NCBI GenBank assembly: GCA_016217665.1
Contig: JACRHF010000025.1
Location: 1-41,847 of the forward strand
Direction: 5' to 3'
DNA: 41,847 nucleotides
DNA from: Nitrospirota bacterium
GTDB taxonomy: Bacteria; Nitrospirota; 9FT-COMBO-42-15; HDB-SIOI813
A program made the position numbers and the translations under genes. Below the pieces are notes generated by a model. It was not told where the DNA came from, did not search any database, and saw only the letters and a program-made list of their open reading frames with translations. Shown here piece by piece: positions 40,767 to 41,847 of the stretch (within the stretch, counting starts at the first letter, position 1; every line of letters begins with the position of its first letter).

Positions 40767-41847
40767 TTATTCCACAGTAACACTCTTGGCCAGATTCCTG
40801 GGCTGATCCACATCGCACCCCCGCAGTACCGCAACATGGTATGCCAGCAACTGCAGAGGTATCGCTAACAACACAGGGGTTAAGAGGGGGGCAAACTCCG
40901 GCAGATAGAAGACATGGTCTGCCCTCCCTGCAATGTCCTGATCCCCTTCATTGGCGATAGCGATGATCCTGCCGCTCCGCGCCTTGACTTCCATAATATT
41001 GCTCAGTACTTTATCATAGACGCAATTCTTCGTAATCAGGGCGACGGTGGGCATTTGGTCATCTATAAGGGCGATGGGCCCATGCTTCATCTCTCCTGCA
41101 GGATATCCCTCGGCATGGATATAGGAGATCTCCTTGAGCTTCAGGGCGCCCTCCAAGGCTATGGGATAGTTTGGCCCCCGGCCCAGAAACAGAAAATCGC
41201 GGTATTGAAAATATTCCCGTGCGACCTCTTCGATCTTCTCCCCCTTCTCCAATACCTTCTCCACCAAGTGCGGGAGCTGTGACAGGACCTCGAGAAGTCC
41301 CTTTCCTTCTCCCTGGGAGAGCGTTCCCCTGACCCTGCCCAGATAAATGGCCAGAAGATAGAGCGCTACAAGCTGCGAGGTGAACGTCTTTGTGGCGGCC
41401 ACTCCAATCTCAGGTCCGGCATGCGTATAGACAATCCCGTCTGACTCCCGCGCCGCTGTACTGCCGACGACATTGCATATCGAGAAGACCTTCCCCTTTT
41501 TCTTCCGCGCCTCCCGCATGGCAGCAAGCGTGTCCGCCGTCTCCCCTGACTGTGTCATGGCAATCAGCAGACTCTTTTTATCAATCAACGGATCCCTGTA
41601 TCTGAATTCCGAGGCCACATCCACCTCAACAGGGATCCTTGCGATCTCCTCGATCATAAATTTCCCCACCAGGGCCGCATGCCATGATGTCCCGCAGGCC
41701 ACAATGAAGATATTCCTGAGCCCCTGGATATCCTCCACGGACAGACCGATCTCATCCAGATAGACATTTCCCGTATCATAGGAGAGCCTCCCCCGGAGTG
41801 TATCCATAATGGCCCTCGGCTGTTCATAGATCTCTTTGAGCATGAAG
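40767..41847 (-). CDS. glmS: Glutamine-fructose-6-phosphate aminotransferase, C-terminal SIS domains (partial)
   Basis: [49 protein letters not shown]; 5' end lies outside the window. Confidence 0.98.
   Translation of the reverse strand, partial: FMLKEIYEQPRAIMDTLRGRLSYDTGNVYLDEIGLSVEDIQGLRNIFIVACGTSWHAALVGKFMIEEIARIPVEVDVASEFRYRDPLIDKKSLLIAMTQSGETADTLAAMREARKKKGKVFSICNVVGSTAARESDGIVYTHAGPEIGVAATKTFTSQLVALYLLAIYLGRVRGTLSQGEGKGLLEVLSQLPHLVEKVLEKGEKIEEVAREYFQYRDFLFLGRGPNYPIALEGALKLKEISYIHAEGYPAGEMKHGPIALIDDQMPTVALITKNCVYDKVLSNIMEVKARSGRIIAIANEGDQDIAGRADHVFYLPEFAPLLTPVLLAIPLQLLAYHVAVLRGCDVDQPRNLAKSVTVE

Overview
Bacterial chromosomal window. The gatC-panD-gatA-gatB-eno-ftsB-GH57 block and the compact isc operon suggest a Nitrospirota-like or other deep-branching Gram-negative host (inference only). 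From left to right it holds: (1) a partial exported CxxC thioredoxin-fold gene behind a Fur-like box; a frameshifted RegA-like sigma54 response regulator with its PAS histidine kinase; and an exported hypothetical protein. (2) A visibly GC-richer ~16.5 kb Mo-nitrogenase island (nifHDKENX-DUF269-nifB-nifZ-nifW-nifT-fdxB-nifI1-nifI2-CCE_0567-nifU-like-MBL hydrolase-nifV-hesA-TSUP). It is bracketed by a ~60-bp direct repeat from a TM0106-like nuclease fragment, driven by a sigma54 promoter with a TGT-N10-ACA site, and preceded by a wHTH + YezD/DUF2292 leader with a terminator/antiterminator. (3) A broken MNT-HEPN toxin-antitoxin pair and the iscR-iscS-iscU-iscA-fdx-iscX operon (no hscBA). (4) An APH-like kinase + APS-kinase-like + archaeal-type SAM synthetase operon, then dksA. 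(5) An unannotated three-gene operon that reads as unknown protein + SecB-like chaperone + PD-(D/E)XK nuclease, a candidate new toxin-antitoxin-chaperone-like defence system. (6) Housekeeping genes GH57, ftsB, eno, gatB, gatA, panD, gatC, pcrA and partial glmS. Several REP/MITE-like palindrome families occupy the intergenic spaces. All calls come from motif recognition by eye; no searches were run.
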